In this document: one piece after another, positions 9,979 through 20,118 of the stretch
How positions within the stretch are numbered: position 1 is the first letter of the stretch
Layout of the letters: each line of letters opens with the position of its first letter
Source of the DNA: Cesiribacteraceae bacterium YIM B00369
GTDB taxonomy: Bacteria; Bacteroidota; Bacteroidia; Cytophagales; Cyclobacteriaceae
DNA length: 64,000 bases
NCBI GenBank assembly: GCA_017948555.1
Contig: JAFMYY010000022.1
Span: 43,006 to 107,005, forward strand
Direction of reading: 5' to 3'
The notes under the pieces: model-generated
Databases searched by the model: none
Told to the model about the DNA's origin: nothing
What the model saw: only the letters and a program-made list of their open reading frames with translations
Program-made: the position numbers and the translations under genes

Positions 9979-12763
9979 TGCTGAGCATAAAATCAATGTC
10001 GTCTTCGGACATAGACTTCAGCGAACTGCTGTCAGATGAAATAATACTATTGAACAGCTCACCTTTCTTTTCCTGCAGGAGCAGGATCTTTTCTTCTATA
10101 GTTCCCTGTGTAATCATTTTATAGCTGATTACATTACCCTTCTGGCCAATACGATGCGCCCGGTCTACCGCCTGGCTTTCTGCCGCTTTGTTCCACCATG
10201 GGTCGAAAATAAATACCATGTCGGCAGCTGTGAGGTTTAGCCCTGTGCCACCGGTTTTAAGCGTAAGCAGAAAGACCTTACAGTTCGGGTCCTGCTGAAA
10301 CCGGTCCACCAGCTCCTGGCGGTTGCGTGTTGCCCCCGTCATGCTTACATACTCGATCCCCTCCTGGTTAAGCTGCTCCCCGATATGCTCTATGGCAGCC
10401 AGGTAATTGGTAAAAATCAGTGCTTTGTGCCCGCCGGCCAGGGCAGAATATAAATTTTCCGACAATACCTCAAGCTTTGGCGAGCTTATAGCGCCCTCGG
10501 TCCGGGCCTCCGGAATGCTGGCCAGCTGCCGCAGCTCGTTCAGTGCCTGGAAGATAAAAAACTGCGACTGCTGCACCCCCTTTTGGGCTATCTGCAACCT
10601 TATAGCCTCCTGATAAAAAGCCCTCCGTTCTTCGTACAGTTTCTTTTGCTTGTCGCTCATCTCCACATATAAAACCTGCTCGGTTTTATCGGGCAGCTCA
10701 GTAAGTACATCTTTTTTAAGCCTGCGCAAAATAAAAGGGTAGATCTTCAGCTTAAGCTCTCTTATGGCATCCGGATCCTCTCCTTTTTGAATGGGCGTGG
10801 CATAATGCCGGTTAAAGTGCTCTGCGGAGCCGAACATTGCAGGGTTCAGGAAGCGGAAGAGTGAATACAGCTCTCCAAGGTTATTTTCGATAGGCGTGCC
10901 GCTGAGCGCCAGCCGGTGCCTGCTGCTGAGCAACATTACCGACTGGGTAGCCTGCGCCTGCAGGTTCTTGATATTCTGCGATTCATCCAGGATTACGTAA
11001 TAGAACTCCTTGTCCTTCAGCTGCTCTATATCGTTCCGCACAAGGGCATAAGTTGTAAGAATCAGGTTAGCTTTTTCAGCCTCCTCCCAGTTCCTGTTGG
11101 TTCCGTAATAAATATGGGTTGTTATTTCCGGAGCGAACTTCTTCACTTCCTGCGCCCAGTTGTACAAAAGGCTTTTTGGTACCACAATCAGACTGGGGAG
11201 CTTTTCCTTTGGGTAAACAGAGCTTAGCTGCGCAATAGTCTGCAGGGTTTTACCCAGACCCATATCATCTGCAAGGCAGCCACCCAGCTTATTTTCGTGC
11301 AGGTAATCGAGCCATTTAACTCCCTGCTTCTGGTAATCGCGTAAGGTAGCATTTACCTTTGGCTGCTTAAACCTCTTGCTCTTAAGCTTATTGAAGCCTT
11401 CAAATACTTCCTTCGATTTTTTAAACTCCGCCTGTCCTATTTTTTCTTCCAACAGCTCTTCCACCAGTGGCAGGTCAAAAAAGGAAAGCTGTGCCTTATC
11501 TTTTTTCTTTTTAAAGATACGCTCCAGCTTTTTAAAATATTTGTCATTTACCACCGCATGGGTGCCATCGTTCAGCAACACATAGTTGTTTTTCTGGTAC
11601 TGCTTCAGGGCATCGAATAAAGAAACGCTTTGCTCACCAAAACTCAGGCTCACATCTCCCTCCAGGAAGTCTATTCCTGAACTAAGCTTCATGCTGAGCT
11701 TAGGCATGGTGGCGCTTATTTTATACGACTTAAGTTTTTCTGCACCATATACCTGGTACTCCTGCATAAGCTGTGGCAGCTCACTGTAAATAAAACTGCC
11801 TGCTATTTCGCGGGGAACAATAAAATGGTCTTCATCAACAATAATATCAAGCTCCTTTTTTTCCTTTCCTTTTGGCCGGTGTTTTTTGAGCAGCTTTTCC
11901 ACCTGCTCAATATACCCAAACCGGGTATCCTGCTCCACATCGCGCACTACAATTACTTTTTCCAGCTCATTTACAGAAGCCATCTTCTCCGGCTGAAACT
12001 CCGAAAAAAAATCCATACCCAGAGAGGGCAGCACCTGGCTTACCTGCATGTAAAGGGCATCGTCGGCATCTATCTTTTCTATGATCAGGGCAGGCCGCGG
12101 AACCACTTTTTCATCGGAGAAAAAGGTGGTGTACCCTTCAAAATCCACCTTTATGCCGGGGAGGTAAGAGTACAGCAGGGTAAAAAAGCGCGGAAGGTCA
12201 TCCGGTGCAAAGGATCCGTTAAAATAAGTAACCTGCCCGTAGTTGGGCCCTATTGGCAGCGTTTCATAAATGGTATCCTTTGCGAGTACAAAATCTTCCA
12301 GGATCGGATTAAACTCATCAAGCTGCTGCTTTGCTCCCTGCAGAACCACACGGCTCCGGTAAGTGCCATTCTCCTCCCCTTCTATTTTAACCGTATACTG
12401 CAGCTTATCATTGCTAAGGGTAAGGAAGCCTTTCTGACTGTCGATCAGGTTCGTGAGCTCCTTCAGCTGCCACATCAGGTGCTCATGATCGCTGAGGTAT
12501 ATTTTATCTTCCTGTTTTTCCCAATCAATTACAAAAGCACTTTTTTCCCGTATGGATTCCAGCGACTTCAGCAGATTCCGCTCTGCACCGCTGTACTCCT
12601 CGTAGCTGACATTTACAGGCTTTGCCTTTTCATCCACCACCTCCAGGAAAGCTCCATAATCATCGAAACCTATCATAAAATAGATTTCCTGCGCCTTGCT
12701 ATGCAGCTGTGTCCGGCTTTGCTGTGGTTTTTTAAAATGCTGAAAGATGTCGTTGGCTGGCAT
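9974..12763 (-). CDS. SNF2-family helicase with N-terminal SNF2-associated domain (YwqA-like)
   Basis: C-terminal half carries SNF2 motifs (LRDYQKQGVKWL, DDMGLGKT, ILDESQNIKN, LSGTPIENNLGELYSLFRFLNP) and helicase-C motifs (QAVDRAHRIGQ). The ~450-aa N-terminal extension is like bacterial SNF2_assoc. Confidence 0.9.
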   Translation of the reverse strand: MPANDIFQHFKKPQQSRTQLHSKAQEIYFMIGFDDYGAFLEVVDEKAKPVNVSYEEYSGAERNLLKSLESIREKSAFVIDWEKQEDKIYLSDHEHLMWQLKELTNLIDSQKGFLTLSNDKLQYTVKIEGEENGTYRSRVVLQGAKQQLDEFNPILEDFVLAKDTIYETLPIGPNYGQVTYFNGSFAPDDLPRFFTLLYSYLPGIKVDFEGYTTFFSDEKVVPRPALIIEKIDADDALYMQVSQVLPSLGMDFFSEFQPEKMASVNELEKVIVVRDVEQDTRFGYIEQVEKLLKKHRPKGKEKKELDIIVDEDHFIVPREIAGSFIYSELPQLMQEYQVYGAEKLKSYKISATMPKLSMKLSSGIDFLEGDVSLSFGEQSVSLFDALKQYQKNNYVLLNDGTHAVVNDKYFKKLERIFKKKKDKAQLSFFDLPLVEELLEEKIGQAEFKKSKEVFEGFNKLKSKRFKQPKVNATLRDYQKQGVKWLDYLHENKLGGCLADDMGLGKTLQTIAQLSSVYPKEKLPSLIVVPKSLLYNWAQEVKKFAPEITTHIYYGTNRNWEEAEKANLILTTYALVRNDIEQLKDKEFYYVILDESQNIKNLQAQATQSVMLLSSRHRLALSGTPIENNLGELYSLFRFLNPAMFGSAEHFNRHYATPIQKGEDPDAIRELKLKIYPFILRRLKKDVLTELPDKTEQVLYVEMSDKQKKLYEERRAFYQEAIRLQIAQKGVQQSQFFIFQALNELRQLASIPEARTEGAISSPKLEVLSENLYSALAGGHKALIFTNYLAAIEHIGEQLNQEGIEYVSMTGATRNRQELVDRFQQDPNCKVFLLTLKTGGTGLNLTAADMVFIFDPWWNKAAESQAVDRAHRIGQKGNVISYKMITQGTIEEKILLLQEKKGELFNSIISSDSSSLKSMSEDDIDFMLSK

Positions 12764-12927
12764 AATTACTCCTGCTTTGAATAAAATTAGCTAAAAAGCA
12801 AATGTAGTAAACCTGCACTTAAAAAGATTCTGTATCAAAGAAAACTCAAAAAAAGAGATTCTGCTATGGTTCAGCATAAAAATTCCGCTCAAAAAATTTG
12901 AAACAATAAAAATTTAAATTACGTTTG

Positions 12928-12953
12928 TAGTGTACTAGTCAACTAGAACAGTA
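12928..12953. promoter_or_regulatory. imperfect 26-bp inverted repeat upstream of the ABC operon; candidate GntR (YtrA-like) operator
   Basis: TAGTGTACTAGTCAACTAGAACAGTA matches its reverse complement at 20 of 26 positions and lies 13 bp upstream of the ABC ATPase start. Confidence 0.4.
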
Positions 12954-12965
12954 AACGCTTTCAAG

Positions 12966-13820
12966 ATGGTGGAATTAATAAATATCGATTTCAGGTACAA
13001 AAAGAAGAAACCTCTCTTCAGGGACCTGAATTTGCAGCTTAGCGGAGGCTCCATTTACGGACTACTCGGGAAGAACGGGGCAGGAAAAACATCCCTGCTC
13101 AAACATATATCCGGTCTGCTTTTCCCGAATGGAGGAGAGTGCCTTGTGAACGGGCAAAGGGTAAGTGAGCGCCTGCCAGAGGTGCTGCAGGATATTTATG
13201 TAATTCCTGAGGAATTTGCACTGCCTCCTGTAAGCATTGACCGCTATGCCCGTATCAATGGCTTATTCTACCCGGATTTCAACAGGGATCAGCTAAACCA
13301 TTACCTGCAGGAGTTTGAATTAAATACCGATGAGAAGCTGTCTTCAATGTCGTACGGGCAGAAGAAGAAATTTCTGATTTCCTTTGGTCTTGCCACCAAT
13401 GCCCGGCTGCTGATACTGGATGAACCAACCAACGGGCTCGATATTCCTTCTAAAAGCCAGTTCCGGAAAATAATTGCATCGGCGCTGACAGAAGAGAAAC
13501 TGATGATAATTTCCACCCACCAGGTAAGAGACCTCGAAAACCTTATCGATACAGTGCTGGTACTGGAAAGCGGGCAGATCATCTTCAATCATAATATTGC
13601 AACCATCTCAGAAAAGCTGCGCTTTATGCAGGATGTAAAAGCAATACCAGCCGGAGAAGTACTGTACAGCGAAGAAGGTGCCGGAAGAAAAGCCGGCATT
13701 GTAAAGAACACTTCGCAGCTGGAATCAAGGGTAGACCTGGAAATCCTGTTTAATGGTATTATAAAAAACCCCGCAGCCATTGAGGCCCAACTAAGCAAAC
13801 AAAATGATTATGTCTGTTAA
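12966..13820 (+). CDS. ABC transporter ATP-binding protein
   Basis: Walker A GKNGAGKTS, signature-like SYGQKKK, Walker B LLILDEPTNGLD. Confidence 0.9.
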   Translation: MVELINIDFRYKKKKPLFRDLNLQLSGGSIYGLLGKNGAGKTSLLKHISGLLFPNGGECLVNGQRVSERLPEVLQDIYVIPEEFALPPVSIDRYARINGLFYPDFNRDQLNHYLQEFELNTDEKLSSMSYGQKKKFLISFGLATNARLLILDEPTNGLDIPSKSQFRKIIASALTEEKLMIISTHQVRDLENLIDTVLVLESGQIIFNHNIATISEKLRFMQDVKAIPAGEVLYSEEGAGRKAGIVKNTSQLESRVDLEILFNGIIKNPAAIEAQLSKQNDYVC

Positions 13821-14562
13821 TAATATATTCAACACCCAAAGGCAATATAATTTTATACTGAGGCAATTTTCAGTCTACCAAAATAAATGGACTATTGCGG
13901 CGGCAGTTATATTCAGTCTGTTGCTTCTTATTTCATTTGGAAAAGCAATCCTTGATCCTTCTGATCTTTACGACATTTTGGGATCGTATAAGGGCATATT
14001 TTTCTTTGGCGGATTAATACTTACCAGTCAGGTTTTTTCTGAATTGCACTCCCCGCATAAAAGCTACGCACTGTTTACATTGCCCGTTTCCAACCTGGAA
14101 AAGCTAACAGGCTCATGGCTTATTACTTCGCCCATTTACATATTTGTTTTCTGGACTATTAGTTTTATTATTTATTGCTCAAGCTTTCTTATAGCCGGAG
14201 AACCAATTGCAGTTAATCAATTTTTTTCAAGCGGATTAGGGAATTCCATTGCCACTTATATGGTAATCCAGACTATTTTCCTCTGGGGAGCCTGCTATTT
14301 CAGAAAAAATAATTTCATGAAAACTGTGCTGTCCCTGATCGGACTCTTTATTATGACAGGGATGTTTGCCGGCCTTCTGACTTTTCTAATGTTCAATGAA
14401 GATAATGTGCTTGTATTCAATATTAATTCGAATGATTATGCCAATTTGGATAACACAACAAAAAGATTACTGGAAGGGACGACTCAATTTCTATTTTGGG
14501 CGGTTCTGGGTCCCTACATGCTCCTGATGTCCTACTTCACTTTAAAAGAAAGGCAGGTATGA
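13804..14562 (+). CDS. ABC-2-type permease-like membrane protein
   Basis: About 6 predicted TM helices; overlaps the ATPase gene end (operon). Confidence 0.65.
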   Translation: MIMSVNNIFNTQRQYNFILRQFSVYQNKWTIAAAVIFSLLLLISFGKAILDPSDLYDILGSYKGIFFFGGLILTSQVFSELHSPHKSYALFTLPVSNLEKLTGSWLITSPIYIFVFWTISFIIYCSSFLIAGEPIAVNQFFSSGLGNSIATYMVIQTIFLWGACYFRKNNFMKTVLSLIGLFIMTGMFAGLLTFLMFNEDNVLVFNINSNDYANLDNTTKRLLEGTTQFLFWAVLGPYMLLMSYFTLKERQV

Positions 14563-14942
14563 TAGAGTTTAAGGACAATCAGGCCATTTACCTGCAGATT
14601 GCCGACCAGTTTGTAGAGAAAATTCTACAGAAGGTATGGCAAAGCGAGGAAAGACTACCCTCTGTAAGGGAAACAGCAGTGGAGTTTGAAGTAAACCCCA
14701 ATACTACCCTCCGCACTTTCAGCTACCTGCAGGAAAAGGGAATAATTTACAATAAGCGGGGCTTAGGATATTTTGTAGCGGAGGAGGGCTTTGCAAAATC
14801 CATGGCCTTAAAAAAGGAACAGTTTATCAGCGAAGAGCTGCCAACACTTTTTAAAAGCATGGAGCTCTTAGGCATTTCTTTTTCTGATTTAAAAACACAT
14901 TATACAAAATTCACCCAAAACGGACATCAAAATGAAAACTAG
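14559..14942 (+). CDS. GntR-family (YtrA-like) transcriptional regulator
   Basis: HTH LPSVRETAVEFEVNPNTTLRTFSYLQEKGIIYNKRGLGYFV. The ATG at 14559 overlaps the permease stop; short YtrA-type C-terminus. Confidence 0.85.
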   Translation: MIEFKDNQAIYLQIADQFVEKILQKVWQSEERLPSVRETAVEFEVNPNTTLRTFSYLQEKGIIYNKRGLGYFVAEEGFAKSMALKKEQFISEELPTLFKSMELLGISFSDLKTHYTKFTQNGHQNEN

Positions 14943-15138
14943 CAACAAACTTCTTATCGGCTTAATCGCATTCATTTTTCTGCTCGCCACTGTTTTTATC
15001 GGGATTATAAAATACCACCAGCTACCTGAAGGTGCCCGTATGGAAAATACCAGCAGCAAATCCTTTAATGATCTGGATTCGAAAACAGCATATCTTCTTT
15101 ACTTCCCAAGGACATTACTGCTTCCATTAAGCTGGTAA
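14932..15138 (+). CDS. small single-TM membrane protein (hypothetical)
   Basis: 68-aa ORF with one hydrophobic helix, start overlapping the GntR stop; weak evidence. Confidence 0.3.
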   Translation: MKTSNKLLIGLIAFIFLLATVFIGIIKYHQLPEGARMENTSSKSFNDLDSKTAYLLYFPRTLLLPLSW

Positions 15139-15211
15139 CAAGTCAGGAAGTTAAAAGGAGCCGGCGGTTTAATTTTTTCTTAACCAGGGATCAGGCTCAT
15201 TTGAATTCCAT

Positions 15212-16750
15212 TTAACCGGCCCAGCCTTCTCTGTCGAGGCTCCGGTACTGGATGGCTTCTGCCAGGTGCTCAATCCTGATTTCTTCGGTACCTGCCAGGT
15301 CGGCGATGGTGCGGCTTACTTTAAGAATGCGGTCGTAGGCTCGCGCAGAAAGACCGAGGCGCTCCATGGCTGTTTTTAGCAGGGTTTTACCTGCTTCATT
15401 AATCTGGCAAACCTCTTTTACCATTTGCGATGGCATCAGAGAGTTGGAGAAGATCTCGGGATAATCCTTAAACCTTTTTTCCTGCCGCTCACGGGCTGCC
15501 AGCACCCGTTCACGAATTTCCCGGCTGCTTTCAGCCTTGCGGTTGGCCGTCATTTCATCGAAAGAAACAGGGGTTACTTCCACATGAAGATCAATCCGGT
15601 CGAGCAGCGGGCCGCTTACCTTGTTCAGGTAACGCTGCACTGTGCCGGGAGCGCAAACACATTCTTTTTCAGGATGATTGTAGTAGCCACAGGGGCATGG
15701 ATTCATGCTGGCAATGAGCATAAAATTAGCCGGAAAATCGACTGATATCCTCGCGCGGGATATGGTAACACGCCGCTCCTCCAGGGGCTGGCGCATTACT
15801 TCCAGTACAGTCCGTTTAAACTCCGGCAGCTCATCGAGGAACAAAACCCCGTTATGGGCCAGGGAAATTTCACCCGGTTGCGGATTACCGCCCCCTCCCA
15901 CCAAAGCCACATCGGAAATGGTGTGGTGAGGCGCACGATAGGGGCGCCGGGCTACTAAAGAAGCATGGGCACCCATTTTCCCTGCCACTGAATGGATTTT
16001 AGTGGTTTCCAGAGCTTCGTGCAGGCTCAGCGGAGGCAGTATACCTGGCAGGCGCTTGGCAAGCATGGTTTTTCCGGCACCGGGAGGGCCAATCATTATT
16101 ACATTATGACCTCCGGCTGCAGCAATTTCCATTGCCCGTTTAATATTCTCCTGCCCCTGCACATCGGCAAAATCAGCCTCAAACTCATCGAGCTTGCTGT
16201 AAAATATATCCCGCGTATCCTGCTGGTGGGGCTTTATCTGCCGCTTCCCTTCAAAGAAATCAACCGCCTCTTTAATATTGGTAACACCAATAATATCAAT
16301 ATTATTTACAATGGCTGCCTCCGAAGCATTTTCAACAGGAAGAACAAATCCCTTATATCCTTTTTTGCGGGCTTCAATAGCAATAGGCAAAACGCCCTTA
16401 ATAGGGCGAAGCATTCCATCCAGGGCCAGCTCTCCCATAATAATGTAATTGCCCAGCTCCGGAGCTTCAATCTGGCCGGAGGCCTGCAGAATACCCAGTG
16501 CGATGGGCAGGTCATAGGCCGATCCCTCCTTTTTAATATCTGCCGGTGCCATATTAATCACCACCTTTTGCCGCGGCATTTTATATCCGTATTCTTTGAT
16601 GGCCGATTCCACCCTTTGCTCACTTTCTTTTACAGCGCTGTCAGGCAAGCCTACCATAAAGAATCTTGTTCCCTGTGCCACACTTACCTCAATTGTGATA
16701 AGGGTTGCATTTACTCCGTATACAGCACTGCCAAAAGTTTTTGCAAGCAT
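15212..16750 (-). CDS. YifB/ComM-family Mg-chelatase-like AAA ATPase
   Basis: N-terminal Lon-like/ChlI region (VSVAQGTRFFMVGLPDSAVKESEQRVESAIK), Walker A GPPGAGKT, full-length match to the YifB pattern. Confidence 0.9.
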   Translation of the reverse strand: MLAKTFGSAVYGVNATLITIEVSVAQGTRFFMVGLPDSAVKESEQRVESAIKEYGYKMPRQKVVINMAPADIKKEGSAYDLPIALGILQASGQIEAPELGNYIIMGELALDGMLRPIKGVLPIAIEARKKGYKGFVLPVENASEAAIVNNIDIIGVTNIKEAVDFFEGKRQIKPHQQDTRDIFYSKLDEFEADFADVQGQENIKRAMEIAAAGGHNVIMIGPPGAGKTMLAKRLPGILPPLSLHEALETTKIHSVAGKMGAHASLVARRPYRAPHHTISDVALVGGGGNPQPGEISLAHNGVLFLDELPEFKRTVLEVMRQPLEERRVTISRARISVDFPANFMLIASMNPCPCGYYNHPEKECVCAPGTVQRYLNKVSGPLLDRIDLHVEVTPVSFDEMTANRKAESSREIRERVLAARERQEKRFKDYPEIFSNSLMPSQMVKEVCQINEAGKTLLKTAMERLGLSARAYDRILKVSRTIADLAGTEEIRIEHLAEAIQYRSLDREGWAG

Positions 16751-16751
16751 A

Positions 16752-17330
16752 TTATTGAAGGAATTTTTCGATCAGATAAATAAAAATATGAATTACTTTG
16801 ATGTGGATTTCCTGAATTCTGTCGGCATACCCATTATGCGGTACCCGCACTTCAGCATCGGCCAGGTAAGCCAGCTTGCCGCCCCCTTTTCCTGTAAGGG
16901 CAACCACCTGCATACCCCGCGCTTTGGCGGCTTCGGCCGCGCGAATAATGTTAGAGGAATTGCCACTTGTGCTGATGGCAAGCAATACATCACCAGGCTT
17001 TCCCAGGCCCTCCACAAAGCGCGAAAACACATATTCAAACCCATAATCATTAGCAGTGCAGCTCATGAAAGTAGGATCAGAAATAGCAATGGCAGCTAAA
17101 GGCCGCCGGTCTTCGCGGTACCGGCCTGTAAGTTCCTCGGCAAAATGCATGGCATCGCAGTGCGATCCGCCATTTCCGCAGCTTATTATTTTTCCGCCAC
17201 CCTTAAGTGATACAGCCATTATGCTGGCTGCCTTATGAATGCGCTGCAGGTTCTGAGGGTTATTCAGAAAATTCTCCAATACATTGGCAGCCTCCTTGAG
17301 GTGCCCCTTGATCAATTCTATTGCTTCCAT
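16752..17330 (-). CDS. gmhA: SIS-domain phosphoheptose isomerase (GmhA/DiaA-like)
   Basis: [25 protein letters not shown] resembles GmhA GNGGSAADAQHFAAEL. Confidence 0.75.
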   Translation of the reverse strand: MEAIELIKGHLKEAANVLENFLNNPQNLQRIHKAASIMAVSLKGGGKIISCGNGGSHCDAMHFAEELTGRYREDRRPLAAIAISDPTFMSCTANDYGFEYVFSRFVEGLGKPGDVLLAISTSGNSSNIIRAAEAAKARGMQVVALTGKGGGKLAYLADAEVRVPHNGYADRIQEIHIKVIHIFIYLIEKFLQ

Positions 17331-17341
17331 ATATTTTATGG

Positions 17342-17830
17342 TTATACAGATGTATCACCATCTGAAGAAGGCCTTGTATCCCCTGACTGGTAGCCGCGCT
17401 TATCGAAGCCTGCATTCTTATCAGGATCAGTCCTTCCAGTACCTGCATTATAGTTATCTCCTGCCCTGTTTTTATCTTTCAGCGACTGGTTAAAAGCATT
17501 CAGCTTTCTTTCTGTTTCTTCCTCCTCTGTCTGACGGCGGGTTATTTCAGTCTTCCTCTCCTCTTCAATGTCATAAAGGCGGGCTTTTACAGCATTATAA
17601 TCCTTTTCGAGCTGCCTGTTCTCTTTTTTAAGATTACGTATATACAGCGAACCTGCAACAATCACCCCTACCAGCAACACCAGACCTACAATAATCCAGG
17701 CCTGCAGGTAATCGATAAGCTTAAGCAGGTTAAAGTTATTGAAGAGCGAATCGTCGTTCAGTAAAAAGATAATGGTAAGCAGCACATACACTGCACTAAG
17801 TGCTACCAGTACGATACGGATTTTTTTCAT
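17342..17830 (-). CDS. LapA-like membrane protein (2 TM plus coiled coil, low-complexity tail)
   Basis: Two N-terminal TM helices, coiled coil, Gly/Asp-rich C-terminus. Confidence 0.5.
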   Translation of the reverse strand: MKKIRIVLVALSAVYVLLTIIFLLNDDSLFNNFNLLKLIDYLQAWIIVGLVLLVGVIVAGSLYIRNLKKENRQLEKDYNAVKARLYDIEEERKTEITRRQTEEEETERKLNAFNQSLKDKNRAGDNYNAGTGRTDPDKNAGFDKRGYQSGDTRPSSDGDTSV

Positions 17831-17900
17831 AGCTTGATTTAAATGGACCTTTGTTAATGTAATCTTAATTAAAGAAAAATGTTACAACTCCCGCCCCTCA

Positions 17901-19736
17901 TCAAACCGACTGCATAAGTGTAAGTTTCCTGTACAAACCATCCTGCTGAAGCAGATCCTTATGATTACCACGCTCCACTATCCTGCCATTTTCCACCACC
18001 ACAATCTCATCGGCATGCTGTATTGTACTCAGGCGATGCGCAATTACTATCGAGGTTCTGTTCTTCATCAGATTAGTGAGAGCCTCCTGCACCAGTTTTT
18101 CCGATTCCGAATCCAGGGCCGAAGTAGCTTCGTCAAGGATCAGGACCGGAGGGTTTTTAAGCACTGCCCGTGCAATGCTCAGGCGCTGCCGCTGCCCGCC
18201 GGACAACCTGCTTCCCCTCTCTCCTATTTTCGTCTGGTATCCCTGCTCCGTTTGCATAATAAAGTCGTGTGCGTTGGCAATTTTAGCCGCCTGCATCACA
18301 GCATCCTCACTTGCATCGGGGAGTCCAAAAGCAATGTTATTAAAAATAGTATCATTAAACAAAATACTCTCCTGGGTAACGATGCCCATCAGCTTACGGA
18401 GCGACTGCACTTCATAAGCCTGCAGAGGCTTACCATCCAGGCGCACCTCGCCTCCCACAGGATCGTAAAAGCGGGGAATAAGGTCCGCCAAAGTAGATTT
18501 ACCACCTCCGGATGGCCCAACCAGCGCCACTGTACTTCCTTTTCTGATGCGGAGGTTAATATCTTTCAGCACCAGCTCTTCGCCATAACTGAACGACACA
18601 TTACTAAATTCTATACCTTCGTTAAAAGCCTCCACAGGTGCAGCCTCCGGATGGTTTTGAATAGCCGGCTTCGTATCGATAACTGCAAAAATACGCTCTC
18701 CTGATGCCAAACCCCGCTGTATACTGGTATAGGATTTAGAAATGGCCTTTCCGGGTTGCAACACCTGAGTAAAAATGCCCAGGTAAGCAAAAAACTCAGA
18801 GGCATCCAGCTCCGACTGTTCGTTTAAAACCAGGTTTCCGCCATAAACTAATATAACAGCAACAAAAAAAACACCCAGGAACTCCGAAATCGGAGAAGCC
18901 AGCTCATTCTTTTTTGCGATATTGATGGTAATATCCGCATAGCGTTGTGTTTCCCGGCTGAAGCGGCCAAAAATAAACCCTCTGGCGGTAAAGGCCTTTA
19001 TCACCCGCATACCGCTGAGGCTCTCCTCCAGTATATTAACTATATTCCCCAGGGTTTCCTGGCTCTCCCGCGCCTTCTTCTTCAGCCGCTTGGCAATGGC
19101 CGATATCAGCCCTCCTGAAATGGGTAAAATCAGAATGGCAAAAAGAGTTAGTTTGGTCGACAGGGCAAACAAAACCGCAAAATAGGCAATAATTGTTGCC
19201 GGCTCCCTGAAGAAAACCGTCATTGAATTTACAATGGAATTTTCCACCTCCTGCACATCGTTGGTAATACGCGACATAATATCGCCTTTGCGCTCATTGG
19301 TAAAATACCCTATATGCAGCCTGGTTACCTTATCGAAAATGGTATTACGGATACGTGTAACTGCAGTAACTCTTATTTTCGACAGCTCCACATTCGAAAA
19401 GTACTTAAAAAGATTACTCAGAAGAGATGAAACTGCTATTACGGAGCAAACATACAGGAGTGTACCGAAAGGCCCGTATTCCTGCTTCCACAAATAAAGG
19501 TAGTGGTAAAAAAGTCTCTTAAAATATTCGAACCCGAATGTAAATTCAGGCTTCCTGGTGTATTCTATTAACTGCTCAGGAGTCAGCCGCTCGAAAATAA
19601 CATCAAAAACAGGAATCAGTAATGATAGAGTGGTTAAGCTGAAAATAATAGATAAGAAAGTAAAAACGATATATTTAGGCAGCTTAGACCCTAATGGCCG
19701 TGCAAATGAAATAAGTCTTATATAGGTGTTGTCCAT
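17901..19736 (-). CDS. ABC exporter, fused permease-ATPase (MsbA-like)
   Basis: 6-TM N-terminal domain; Walker A GPSGGGKST, signature LSGGQRQR, Walker B ILILDEATSALD. Confidence 0.9.
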   Translation of the reverse strand: MDNTYIRLISFARPLGSKLPKYIVFTFLSIIFSLTTLSLLIPVFDVIFERLTPEQLIEYTRKPEFTFGFEYFKRLFYHYLYLWKQEYGPFGTLLYVCSVIAVSSLLSNLFKYFSNVELSKIRVTAVTRIRNTIFDKVTRLHIGYFTNERKGDIMSRITNDVQEVENSIVNSMTVFFREPATIIAYFAVLFALSTKLTLFAILILPISGGLISAIAKRLKKKARESQETLGNIVNILEESLSGMRVIKAFTARGFIFGRFSRETQRYADITINIAKKNELASPISEFLGVFFVAVILVYGGNLVLNEQSELDASEFFAYLGIFTQVLQPGKAISKSYTSIQRGLASGERIFAVIDTKPAIQNHPEAAPVEAFNEGIEFSNVSFSYGEELVLKDINLRIRKGSTVALVGPSGGGKSTLADLIPRFYDPVGGEVRLDGKPLQAYEVQSLRKLMGIVTQESILFNDTIFNNIAFGLPDASEDAVMQAAKIANAHDFIMQTEQGYQTKIGERGSRLSGGQRQRLSIARAVLKNPPVLILDEATSALDSESEKLVQEALTNLMKNRTSIVIAHRLSTIQHADEIVVVENGRIVERGNHKDLLQQDGLYRKLTLMQSV

Positions 19737-19894
19737 CCTGTCCCTTCTGAATAATTTTGCCGCAAGTTACGGTAAATTGAATTTAATGTGGCAAAGAAAC
19801 TCCCGGAGCAGGCAATTGCCACAGCCCTGCCACTTCCTGCCGGCTCATTATTTCATTACCGGCAGCCTGAAATTAAACTTAATGGAAATAATTC

Positions 19895-20113
19895 TCAAAC
19901 AACAATAAACAGTATAGTAAAACGGGAATCCCGCATCCAGCTAACAGGATGGATCCCCGGTAAAAGGTCGCGCACTGTTCCTCCGCCTACGGCAGTTACA
20001 AAACCAATTACAGCCGCCCCCATTAAATCGAGCTTTTTATCGGCAGCAGTAATAGCTCCGCTTATAGCAAAAACAAAGGTTCCCGCAAAGTCAAAGAATA
20101 AAAGGATATCCAT
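19895..20113 (-). pseudogene. truncated remnant of a UPF0126/TRIC-type membrane protein (first repeat only)
   Basis: The 72-aa ORF matches the first glycine-transporter repeat of YadS/YicG-type proteins (FAISGAITA...AVGGGTVRDLL) but stops where the second repeat should begin. No downstream frame continues it. Confidence 0.55.
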
Positions 20114-20118
20114 ATATA

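Noticed and set aside
11825-12784. 319-aa plus-strand ORF
   Set aside because: Lies entirely inside and antisense to the SNF2 helicase gene, which has clear motifs; no start context or motifs of its own.
15992-16783. 263-aa plus-strand ORF
   Set aside because: Antisense to the YifB/ComM gene.
17961-18704. 247-aa plus-strand ORF
   Set aside because: Antisense to the MsbA-like ABC exporter.
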